Shown one piece after another: positions 22,277-30,024 of a DNA stretch of 32,000 nt. The position numbers and the translations under genes are program-made. Within the stretch, counting starts at the first letter, position 1; every line of letters starts with the position of its first letter. The notes under the pieces are model-generated. The model was given only the letters and a program-made list of their open reading frames with translations, ran no database searches and was not told the DNA's origin. The stretch spans positions 900,001-932,000 of the forward strand of contig NZ_RSDW01000001.1 in NCBI RefSeq assembly GCF_003945235.1, read 5' to 3'. This stretch comes from Edaphobacter aggregans (GTDB lineage: Bacteria > Acidobacteriota > Terriglobia > Terriglobales > Acidobacteriaceae).

Positions 22277-25093
22277 TCAATCGCAAGCCAAAGCCGTCCA
22301 CACCCCAGCCGCCGTCCCACTCGCCCCACTGATACTCAGGTCCACAAAGTTTCCCGCCGCCACCGCCACACTCCCCGTAGCCGTACACATCCCACCCGAA
22401 GCCGCCGAGCAGCCCAACCCCGTATCCGCCATCGCTCCCGGCGTCCCCTGCCGCAGCATCACGCTAATAGCATTCGTCTGCTGCGAAAACACCACCAGCT
22501 TCGTGGCTACACACCCCGCCGGAACCCACGTAAGCTCCGCCGTCCCCTCCGTCAACGCCGACCCCGTATTGTTCACTGAGTAGTAGACCGAATTAAACGA
22601 AACCGCGTGGTACATCGAAGCAAACGGAATCCCGCTCGTCCCCCCACCTCCGCCACCACCCGTCCCATTTGCTCCAGGAGCACCCTGCGGAATCGTAAAA
22701 TTCAGCACCGCAGCACTCGCCGTCCCACTGTTCGTCACCGAAGCCTGCGTCCCCGCCGCCCCCGTCGTCACCGTCCCGACACTCACCGCAGCAGCAGCCC
22801 CCGCCGGCCCCGTAGCCCCTGCACTCCCCGCCTGAGCCAGGACCCCCCAAACCGCAGGCGAAACATCCGGCTCCGACTCCAGACTCGTCCCCAACGCCAG
22901 ATAAGTCGTTCCCCCAAACACCACCGCATCATTAGCCACATACCCCACACTCGCCACCCACGCACCCTTATAGCTCATCCCCACCGTCCCAGCCGGCCCC
23001 TGAGGCCCCATCGGCCCAGCCGCACCCGCGGCCCCCGAAGCGCCTGTCTGCGCCAGCACCCCCCAGTACGCCGGACTCAAATCCGGCTCTCTCCCCACAT
23101 TCCCCACCAACGCAACATAGCTCGTCCCGCCATACCCAACCGCAGCGCCAACCGCGTAGGTCTGCCCAGCCACCCACGTCCCCATAAAACTCACCGGAGG
23201 CCCTTGCGGCCCAGTCGCGCCCGTGGCACCAGTAGCCCCCACCGGCCCCTGAGGCCCCGCAGCACCCGCCGGCCCAGCAGGCCCTTGAGGCCCCTGGGCC
23301 GCCAGCACCGTCCAATACGCCGGACTCAGCCCCGGCGTATTCCCCACATTCCCCGACCCCAACGAAACATACGTCGACCCACCATAGCTCACCGCATCAT
23401 GCAGCCCATAGTTCGTCGCCGAATCATAGTTCCCCGTGTAGTTCGCCACCGCAGGCCCCTGAGGCCCAGTAGCTCCAGTCGCACCCGTAGCCCCCGTAGC
23501 ACCCTGCGGCCCCGTCACCCCCTGCAAACCCTGCGGCCCGGCCAATCCCTGAGGCCCAGCCGGCCCTGTCGCACCCGCCGCCGCAAACATAGCCCACTGC
23601 CCCGGACTCTGATCCGGCGTATTCCCATGATTCCCATCCACCAGCGAAACATACCCTGCACCGCCATACATCACGCCATCGGCCAGAGCATAGTTCGTTG
23701 TCGAAGAGTACGCCCCCTTAAACGACAGCCCAACTGGCCCCGCCACACCCTGAGGCCCCATCGGCCCCTGAAGCCCCTGCGGCCCCGTCGCCCCAGTCAA
23801 CCCCTGAGCCCCCGCCTGCCCCGGAACGCCCTGCACCCCTTGCGGCCCCTGCTCCCCCGGAGGTCCCACCGCCCCCTGCAACCCCTGAGGCCCCTGTGCC
23901 CCCGCCACGCCCTTTAGCCCCTGAGGCCCAACCGGTCCCTGCGCCGTCAGCACACCCCACCACGCCGGACTCGCATCCGGAGTATTCCCGTGATTCCCCG
24001 CGCTCAACGACGCATAACTAGCCCCCTGCCAAAGCACTACATCCCCCAGCGCATAGTTCGTCACCGACGAATACACCCCCTGATACACCAACCCCGGACT
24101 CCCCGACGCGCCCGCAGCCCCAGCAGCACCCGTCGCCCCCGTAGCCCCAACCGGCCCCTGAGGCCCCGTCAACCCCGGAGGCCCTTGCGGCCCCGTTGCT
24201 CCCTGCGCCCCCGTAGTCCCCACCCCTGCCTGCGCCACCAACCCCCACTGCAGCGGATTAAGCCCCGGCGTATTCCCCAAATTCCCAGCCGTCAGCGAGA
24301 TATAGCTCGACCCCTGAAACACCACCATATCGTTCACCGCGTAATTCGCCGTCGAGTCATACGTTCCCCGATACCCCAGCCCCGAGCCATTCGCCGCAGG
24401 CCCAGCCGGTCCCATCGGCCCCGCAACCCCCGTATCACCCTTCGCCCCCTGAACCCCCTGAATCCCCTGCGGCCCCGCCGGTCCCGCCACACCCTGTGGC
24501 CCTTGAGGCCCCGTGGCGCCCGTAGCCCCAGCCGTAGCCAGCACCACATCCAACTCAGCCGCATGGCCCGTCAGGTCATTCTCCTTGCTGTCGAATTGCA
24601 CCACTGCCGTAGCCGCCGTCAGCGCCACCCCAAAATTGGTCGCCGGAGTCGTAATCCACCCCTGCACCAACGACGTGACATCCACCGTCACATACGCCCC
24701 AGCCTGGCCCACCGAAAACACCTGTGAAGCACTCCCCAGGGAAGGCAGCGTTGAATACGTCACGCTATACTCCCCCCAAGCTCCCCCCAGCGGCTGAACA
24801 CTCACCAGTCCCGCCGTATCCATCCGGTTGCAAAACAGCCGCAGCACCGCCCTCGACACCTGCGAAGCCGTAGTCCCTGGCGGCAGTGTACCCAAGTCAA
24901 ACTGCAGCAGAGCAGTATACCCACCACCTACATTCAAATTCGAAATCGTCCCACTATTCACCGCTGGCAGAGCCTGATTCACATGGGCATCCGCCACCAG
25001 CGTCGCCTCGACGGCACGAGCCTGCCCAACCGTCGCCACCAGCAACGCCGCCACCCCTAACCACGGCGGCAATCCCCCCTTGACCAGCCCCAT
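22277..25093 (-). CDS. secreted modular collagen-like protein: DNRLRE-like domain, then 7 Gly-X-Y tracts alternating with 6 aromatic CBM5/12-like modules, then a C-terminal globular domain
   Basis: The ORF is open to 25177. I prefer the ATG at 25093, which gives the signal peptide MGLVKGGLPPWLGVAALLVATVGQARA. The N-domain is ADAHVNQ...LLQFDL...AVLRLF...VTVDVTSLVQGW...VQFDSKEN. By hand count there are 91 Gly-X-Y triplets in tracts of 15, 15, 24, 14, 11, 8 and 4. Confidence 0.85.
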   Translation of the reverse strand: MGLVKGGLPPWLGVAALLVATVGQARAVEATLVADAHVNQALPAVNSGTISNLNVGGGYTALLQFDLGTLPPGTTASQVSRAVLRLFCNRMDTAGLVSVQPLGGAWGEYSVTYSTLPSLGSASQVFSVGQAGAYVTVDVTSLVQGWITTPATNFGVALTAATAVVQFDSKENDLTGHAAELDVVLATAGATGATGPQGPQGVAGPAGPQGIQGVQGAKGDTGVAGPMGPAGPAANGSGLGYRGTYDSTANYAVNDMVVFQGSSYISLTAGNLGNTPGLNPLQWGLVAQAGVGTTGAQGATGPQGPPGLTGPQGPVGATGATGAAGAAGASGSPGLVYQGVYSSVTNYALGDVVLWQGASYASLSAGNHGNTPDASPAWWGVLTAQGPVGPQGLKGVAGAQGPQGLQGAVGPPGEQGPQGVQGVPGQAGAQGLTGATGPQGLQGPMGPQGVAGPVGLSFKGAYSSTTNYALADGVMYGGAGYVSLVDGNHGNTPDQSPGQWAMFAAAGATGPAGPQGLAGPQGLQGVTGPQGATGATGATGATGPQGPAVANYTGNYDSATNYGLHDAVSYGGSTYVSLGSGNVGNTPGLSPAYWTVLAAQGPQGPAGPAGAAGPQGPVGATGATGATGPQGPPVSFMGTWVAGQTYAVGAAVGYGGTSYVALVGNVGREPDLSPAYWGVLAQTGASGAAGAAGPMGPQGPAGTVGMSYKGAWVASVGYVANDAVVFGGTTYLALGTSLESEPDVSPAVWGVLAQAGSAGATGPAGAAAAVSVGTVTTGAAGTQASVTNSGTASAAVLNFTIPQGAPGANGTGGGGGGGTSGIPFASMYHAVSFNSVYYSVNNTGSALTEGTAELTWVPAGCVATKLVVFSQQTNAISVMLRQGTPGAMADTGLGCSAASGGMCTATGSVAVAAGNFVDLSISGASGTAAGVWTALACD
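22793..24529 (-). repeat. intragenic tandem array of diverged units of about 190-360 nt (collagen tract plus aromatic module)
   Basis: Six copies of the protein module Y/F.G.Y/W.....Y...D.V...G..Y..L......P...P..W..L....G are separated by GXY tracts. DNA similarity between copies is visible, for example in the recurring ...ccggactc..atccgg.gtattccc.tgattcc... on the + strand. Confidence 0.8.
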
Positions 25094-25465
25094 CAAACGT
25101 CCCAAGACCTTCCCCAAGCAACTCAACGTTACAGAGACACAAACCAAAAGACCCGCACCCTCCGCCTGCTTGCGCAAACAGAGGGCCGGTCACTTCCACT
25201 CAACGATCGAAACTCTACAGTGCACGTTGCGCTGGCCATGGACTGACCATGCAATGTTCATTTTGGGAACAGAAACTGGGAGCCTTCCCGTTCTAGAACA
25301 AAGGCTCACAAAACACAACCATATTACACGTCGCCCTCTACAACTTCCGTGTCATTACCCCCGACATGATCCCTCCCCCTGTTTAGGACTTAACCTACCC
25401 ATCGCGATACCATTACAATCCGCATCCCATAGAAAGCAATCGACACTAAAGACGAGGACACCCCC

Positions 25466-27112
25466 ATGAGCGCCACCCCAACCAACCAGCCCGGCCAACT
25501 CCCCTTCCCCGAAACCCTCGTCGACATCCCACGCCTCATCACCGCCTTCTACTCCCTCCACCCCGACGCCGCCGTCCCCGCCCAGCGCGTTTCCTTCGGC
25601 ACCTCCGGCCACCGCGGCTCCTCCTTTGACGCCTCCTTCAACGACGACCACATCGCCGCCATCACCCAGGCCATCGTCGAATACCGCGCCACCCAGCACA
25701 CCCTCGGCCCCCTCTTCCTCGCCAAAGACACCCACGCTCTCTCCGAGCCCGCCTTCACCACCGCACTCGAGGTCCTCGCCGCCAACGACATCGAGACCAT
25801 CATCGACGAACACCTCGGCTACACCCCCACCCCCGCCCTCTCCCACGCCATCCTCACGCGCAACCAAAACTCCAAACTCCACCGAGCCGACGGCATCGTC
25901 ATCACCCCCTCCCACAACCCTCCCGAAGACGGCGGCTTCAAATACAACCCACCCACCGGCGGCCCCGCCGACACCTCCGCTACCAAGTGGATCGAAAACC
26001 GCGCCAACGAACTCATCGCCGCCGGCCTCAAAGGCGTCAAGCGCATCTCTTACTTCCGCGCCCTCTCCGCCGACAAGACCTACCGTCACGACTACATCAC
26101 CGCCTACGTCGACGACCTCGCAAACGTCATCGACTTCGACGTCCTCAAAGGCACCGACCTCAAGTTAGCCGTCGATCCACTCGGAGGAGCCGGAGTCCAC
26201 TACTGGCCTCGTATCGCCGAAAGGTACAAGCTCCCCATAGAAATCCTCAACCGCCACGTCGATCCCACCTTCCGCTTCATGACCTGCGACTGGGACGGCC
26301 GCATCCGCATGGACTGCTCCAGCCCCTACGCCATGGCCAGCATGATCGCCAACAAGAACAAATACGACGTAGCCTTCGCCGCCGACACCGACCACGACCG
26401 CCACGGCATCGTCACCAGCACCACCGGCCTCCTCAACCCCAACCACTATCTCGCCGTCTGCATCCAGTACCTCTTCACACACAGACCGGAATGGAAGAGC
26501 AGTGTCGGCATCGGCAAAACCCTCGTCTCCTCCAGCATCATCGACCGCGTGGCCAAAGGCCTCAACCGCCCCCTACTCGAAGTCCCAGTAGGCTTCAAGT
26601 GGTTCGTCGACGGCCTCCTCGACGGCAGTCTCGGCTTCGTGGGCGAAGAATCCGCCGGAGCTACCTTTCTCCGCCGCAACGGCCAAGTCTGGACCACCGA
26701 CAAGGACGGCCTCATCCCCGGCCTCCTCGCCGCCGAGATGACCGCCCGCACCAGCAAAGACCCCGGTGACATCTACCGCGAACTCACCGCAAAATACGGC
26801 GCCCCCACCTACCAGCGCATCGACGCAGCAGCCACCAAGGAGCAGAAGGCCAAACTAGCCAAACTCTCCCCATCACAAGTCACCGCAAAAGAGCTCGCCG
26901 GAGAGCCCATCACCGCCATCCTCACCGAAGCACCCGGCAACCACGCCCCCATCGGCGGCCTCAAGGTCACAACCGAGAACGGCTGGTTCGCCGCCCGTCC
27001 CTCCGGTACCGAAGACGTCTACAAGATCTACGCCGAATCCTTCAAGGGCGCCACCCACCTCAAGCAAATCCAAACGGAGGCCCAGCACCTGGTCACCGCC
27101 GCCATCGCCTGA
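25466..27112 (+). CDS. pgm: phosphoglucomutase (alpha-D-glucose phosphate-specific)
   Basis: The 548-aa protein contains FGTSGHRG, the active-site loop TPSHNPPEDGGFKYN, DTDHDRHG and GEESAGA. Its length and motifs match E. coli-type Pgm. Confidence 0.92.
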   Translation: MSATPTNQPGQLPFPETLVDIPRLITAFYSLHPDAAVPAQRVSFGTSGHRGSSFDASFNDDHIAAITQAIVEYRATQHTLGPLFLAKDTHALSEPAFTTALEVLAANDIETIIDEHLGYTPTPALSHAILTRNQNSKLHRADGIVITPSHNPPEDGGFKYNPPTGGPADTSATKWIENRANELIAAGLKGVKRISYFRALSADKTYRHDYITAYVDDLANVIDFDVLKGTDLKLAVDPLGGAGVHYWPRIAERYKLPIEILNRHVDPTFRFMTCDWDGRIRMDCSSPYAMASMIANKNKYDVAFAADTDHDRHGIVTSTTGLLNPNHYLAVCIQYLFTHRPEWKSSVGIGKTLVSSSIIDRVAKGLNRPLLEVPVGFKWFVDGLLDGSLGFVGEESAGATFLRRNGQVWTTDKDGLIPGLLAAEMTARTSKDPGDIYRELTAKYGAPTYQRIDAAATKEQKAKLAKLSPSQVTAKELAGEPITAILTEAPGNHAPIGGLKVTTENGWFAARPSGTEDVYKIYAESFKGATHLKQIQTEAQHLVTAAIA

Positions 27113-27154
27113 CAAGTCCACTCAGCACTCATAAAACTCAGCACGCATAAATGT

Positions 27155-27179
27155 GACGCATCAGCGTCTTTGCTTCTAG
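27155..27179 (+). terminator. weak terminator candidate after pgm
   Basis: GACGC-ATCA-GCGTC forms a 5-bp stem at 27155-27168, followed by TTTGCTTCT. The stem is short, hence the low confidence. Confidence 0.35.
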
Positions 27180-27183
27180 GTAC

Positions 27184-27246
27184 CCCAAGGCTTCAGCCTT
27201 GGGTCTCTCAATCCTGCAAAGAAAGAAGGGGGCTTCAGCCCTGGGT
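27184..27246. repeat. two adjacent REP-like hairpins with the GGCTTCAGCC core
   Basis: CCCAAGGC-TTCA-GCCTTGGG (27184-27203) is a perfect 8-bp stem. A degenerate copy GGGGC-TTCA-GCCCT lies at 27229-27242. Both are followed by GGGT. The same core and loop occur in the hairpin at 6992-7011. Confidence 0.55.
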
Positions 27247-27303
27247 ATGCCTTCCTGTCACAGCCCAGAGGATAGAGGGACTGCACGAACGATCCGCCGG
27301 GCG

Positions 27304-29556
27304 TTACCTGGTAAACCGCAACCCACCCAGCACAATCCGAGGCGCGCCCAGCGTAAGCAGAGGCGTACGCCCCGCCTGAACCTGCTGGTTCGCAAGATTC
27401 TGAACCGAACCATAAACCCGGAACCTCTGCCCAAACGAGTGCTCTGCATAAACATCGACCTGGACGAACCCATCCAGCTCAAACTGATTCGCCGAGTCAT
27501 CATACTGCCTGCCGCTCATCCGCAGAGCGACACTCATCGTCCCAACCCGGCTCTTCTCCAGCCGAGCCTGCAAAGAAGCGCTGTTCCTCGGAACCTGCGG
27601 AGTCCACTTACCGACCAGCGTAGGGTCGGCCTGGAACTGCGTCACCGTCGAGTTCGCATACTGATACCCCGCCGTCACCATCAAAAACGAAACCGGATGC
27701 ATCTCCACTTCAGTCGTGACGCCCTTGCTCACCAGCTGCCCCAGATTCTCCCGCATTAGCGTCTGACTCGTCGGCGTCGAGCTCAAAGTCACCGTAGACA
27801 CCGGACGATTCACCTCCGTCCAGAAGTAGCTCGACCGAACCGAACCCAGATGCCGCACATTCACCAGTCCACCAAACTCAAACCCCGTAGCCCGCTCCGT
27901 CCGCAAACTGGCATTCGGAAAGGTAATCTGCTGGCCCACCTGCCCCGTCCGGTAAAGCTCATTCATAGTCGGCCCACGAAACGCCCGAAACGCCGAGCCA
28001 GTCAGCGACAACCCATGTCCAAGCTGTTTCACCACACCCAGCCGAGGATCGAACACCATCTCCTGAATATCCGGCAGCGTCTTCGACGGCCCACCCCCAA
28101 CCTGCCGCGCATCGAAGGTGTCAAACCAATCCACCCGCGACGACAACGCAATCGACCAACTCGAAGGCTGCCAAAGCGCCTCACCATAAATTCCGGTCCC
28201 GCGCTGCCGAGCGCTCGTACTCACCGTAGGCTTCAACACTCCATTCGTCACCCCGGTCTCGTTGTCGGTCGCCCGAGTATCCAGCACATCGCTACCAGCA
28301 ACCACAGTCAGCGCCCGATAACTCCGAGCCCACTGCACCGCTCCACCCATCTGCTGCGAAGGAACCTGCTGCAGATTCGTAAGCTTCTCCGAAGCCCGCC
28401 CCGCCGCAACCGACGAAAAGCTCTGCCGATAGTTCTGGTTTGTCCCATACAGCCGCAACATCAGCCGCCCAACATCCACCGGCGACCAATCCCCCCCACC
28501 CACATACCGCCAAATCCGCGTAGCATTCGTCTGCAACGGCGTCCCATTACTTCGAGCCTCATTCAACAAGTTGCCACGCAGAAACACATTACCATCGCCT
28601 CCAACATCCCGGCGAAACTCCATCCTCCCGCTCTGCGAGTGGACATTCGACGGCACATCCACCGGTCCCCGCACCTCTGGAGCCGTCAAAATATATCCAT
28701 CCGTTCGAAAGAATGTAGCCGCACCAAGACCGCTCCAGCCGCGCTCTCCACCTGCAATCAAGCCATTCACAATCGACGTTGCCTCGTTGGCGCCCGCCGC
28801 ATCCACGGCATAATTGAGCCCTTCCGGCTTCACCGGCAACACATCGATCACGCCCCCAATCGCACTCGACCCATAAAGATCCGAAGCCCCTCCTCGCATC
28901 AGCGCGACATCCCGCACCGCCAGTTGCGGAATTTCATTCCAATGAATCCACCCACCAAAGGCATCGTTCAGCGGCACCTGATCACTCAACACCAGCGTCC
29001 TACTCGCAGCCGTCGACCCAAGCCCCCGCAGTGTCGTCCCCTGCGATGTCGGATTCGCAACCCACGAACTCGTCCTCCGAAACAACTGAAATCCCGCAAC
29101 CTGCCGCAACCGGTCATCCAACACAAACCCCGGAGCCTCTCGCAGCTGCTCCTGCGACATCGTCCTTACACTGCTCGCACTCGCATCTAGCGCCAGCGGA
29201 ACGCGCGCAGCCGTCACTTCCACATTTTCCTGATTGGCTGCAAGCGCCATCACGATATCAAGTTCCGGCGCATCACCTATTGCCTGAGTAACACCGCCGA
29301 ATCCTTGCCGCGTCACCCGCACTTTGCCCTCTACATCAGCCTCTATCTCCAAGTTTGCGCATCCCGATCCATCGCTGGTCATACTCTTCGATGATTCCGA
29401 AACTGGCTGAATCTGTGCCCCAACGATGGCCAGCCCTTGCTGATCCCTGACGCAGACTCGCACTGTCCGCTCACCCACAAAAGACGCCGCCTGTATGACG
29501 CCACCCGCGAGCATGTAGCCAATAAGCGCAATCGCTGTATGGAAGTAAGCTGGCAC
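27304..29556 (-). CDS. TonB-dependent receptor with an N-terminal CarboxypepD_reg-like domain
   Basis: The 750-aa protein has a signal peptide. It has the segment VRVCVRDQQGLAIVGAQIQ...VRVTRQGF and a plug region (...TLRGLGSTAASRTLVLSDQVPLNDAFGGWIHWNEIP...RGGASDLYGSSAIGGVIDV...). A beta-barrel-like alternating pattern continues to the C-terminus. Confidence 0.9.
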   Translation of the reverse strand: MPAYFHTAIALIGYMLAGGVIQAASFVGERTVRVCVRDQQGLAIVGAQIQPVSESSKSMTSDGSGCANLEIEADVEGKVRVTRQGFGGVTQAIGDAPELDIVMALAANQENVEVTAARVPLALDASASSVRTMSQEQLREAPGFVLDDRLRQVAGFQLFRRTSSWVANPTSQGTTLRGLGSTAASRTLVLSDQVPLNDAFGGWIHWNEIPQLAVRDVALMRGGASDLYGSSAIGGVIDVLPVKPEGLNYAVDAAGANEATSIVNGLIAGGERGWSGLGAATFFRTDGYILTAPEVRGPVDVPSNVHSQSGRMEFRRDVGGDGNVFLRGNLLNEARSNGTPLQTNATRIWRYVGGGDWSPVDVGRLMLRLYGTNQNYRQSFSSVAAGRASEKLTNLQQVPSQQMGGAVQWARSYRALTVVAGSDVLDTRATDNETGVTNGVLKPTVSTSARQRGTGIYGEALWQPSSWSIALSSRVDWFDTFDARQVGGGPSKTLPDIQEMVFDPRLGVVKQLGHGLSLTGSAFRAFRGPTMNELYRTGQVGQQITFPNASLRTERATGFEFGGLVNVRHLGSVRSSYFWTEVNRPVSTVTLSSTPTSQTLMRENLGQLVSKGVTTEVEMHPVSFLMVTAGYQYANSTVTQFQADPTLVGKWTPQVPRNSASLQARLEKSRVGTMSVALRMSGRQYDDSANQFELDGFVQVDVYAEHSFGQRFRVYGSVQNLANQQVQAGRTPLLTLGAPRIVLGGLRFTR

Positions 29557-29631
29557 GCCCCTCTATCGTATCGCGGTTTGCAGACACTATGACCTTGCCG
29601 TGGATAGCGCCAGAACCACCCAGCGATCTCG

Positions 29632-29916
29632 CTACTTACGAGCCTCAATGGCTTTCATCAAAGCGCCGCCAACTTGCGCGTCATCGACCGCAGGACGGAT
29701 ATCGATCTCGAGCAGATCACTCCACTGCGCTGCAAAGTCGGCCAAGAGCTGTGCGTCATCGCATTCCAGAACATGCACGCCGCCAGACCCATCCGCGTAG
29801 TGCCACCGCCCGATGGTCTTGATGCCTTCCGGCGGTTGAGCGCCACTCTTTAGAAATCGCGCAGTCGCTTCTTTATAAGTATCCGTACGCAACGACCAGG
29901 TCGAAACAAATTTCAT
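29632..29916 (-). CDS. DUF3303-family small protein
   Basis: The ATG at 29916 has AAGGAG 7 nt upstream. The 94-aa protein reads MKFVSTWSLRTDTYKEATARFLKSGAQPPEGIKTIGRWHYADGSGGVHVLECDDAQLLADFAAQWSDLLEIDIRPAVDD.... The longer 141-aa track ORF adds a Cys/Arg-rich N-terminus that looks spurious. Confidence 0.75.
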   Translation of the reverse strand: MKFVSTWSLRTDTYKEATARFLKSGAQPPEGIKTIGRWHYADGSGGVHVLECDDAQLLADFAAQWSDLLEIDIRPAVDDAQVGGALMKAIEARK

Positions 29917-30024
29917 ATTCTGCTCCTTACACTGCGCGAGGAATTCTACAGAGTCCCAACGCATGCTGTCGCAAACTCTTCTGCATGCACCACCTTCCCA
30001 AGCCGTGATACTCTTCCGCCTACT

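Noticed and set aside
22793-24529. A periodic repeat structure that could be mistaken for a CRISPR-like or satellite array.
   Set aside because: The periodicity is the 9-nt/3-nt Gly-X-Y coding repeat and protein-module duplication inside one continuous ORF. There are no constant direct repeats separated by unique spacers.
22277-25177. The idea that the collagen-like gene is a prophage tail fibre.
   Set aside because: No capsid, terminase, baseplate, integrase or lysis genes lie within 10 kb on either side. The flanks are GH105 and pgm housekeeping-type genes, and the protein has a Sec signal peptide. A phage origin for the C-terminal motif remains possible.
25355-26089. A 244-aa - strand ORF overlapping the start of pgm.
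   Set aside because: It is Gly/Val/Glu/Asp-rich and low in complexity, and it is antisense to an unmistakable phosphoglucomutase.
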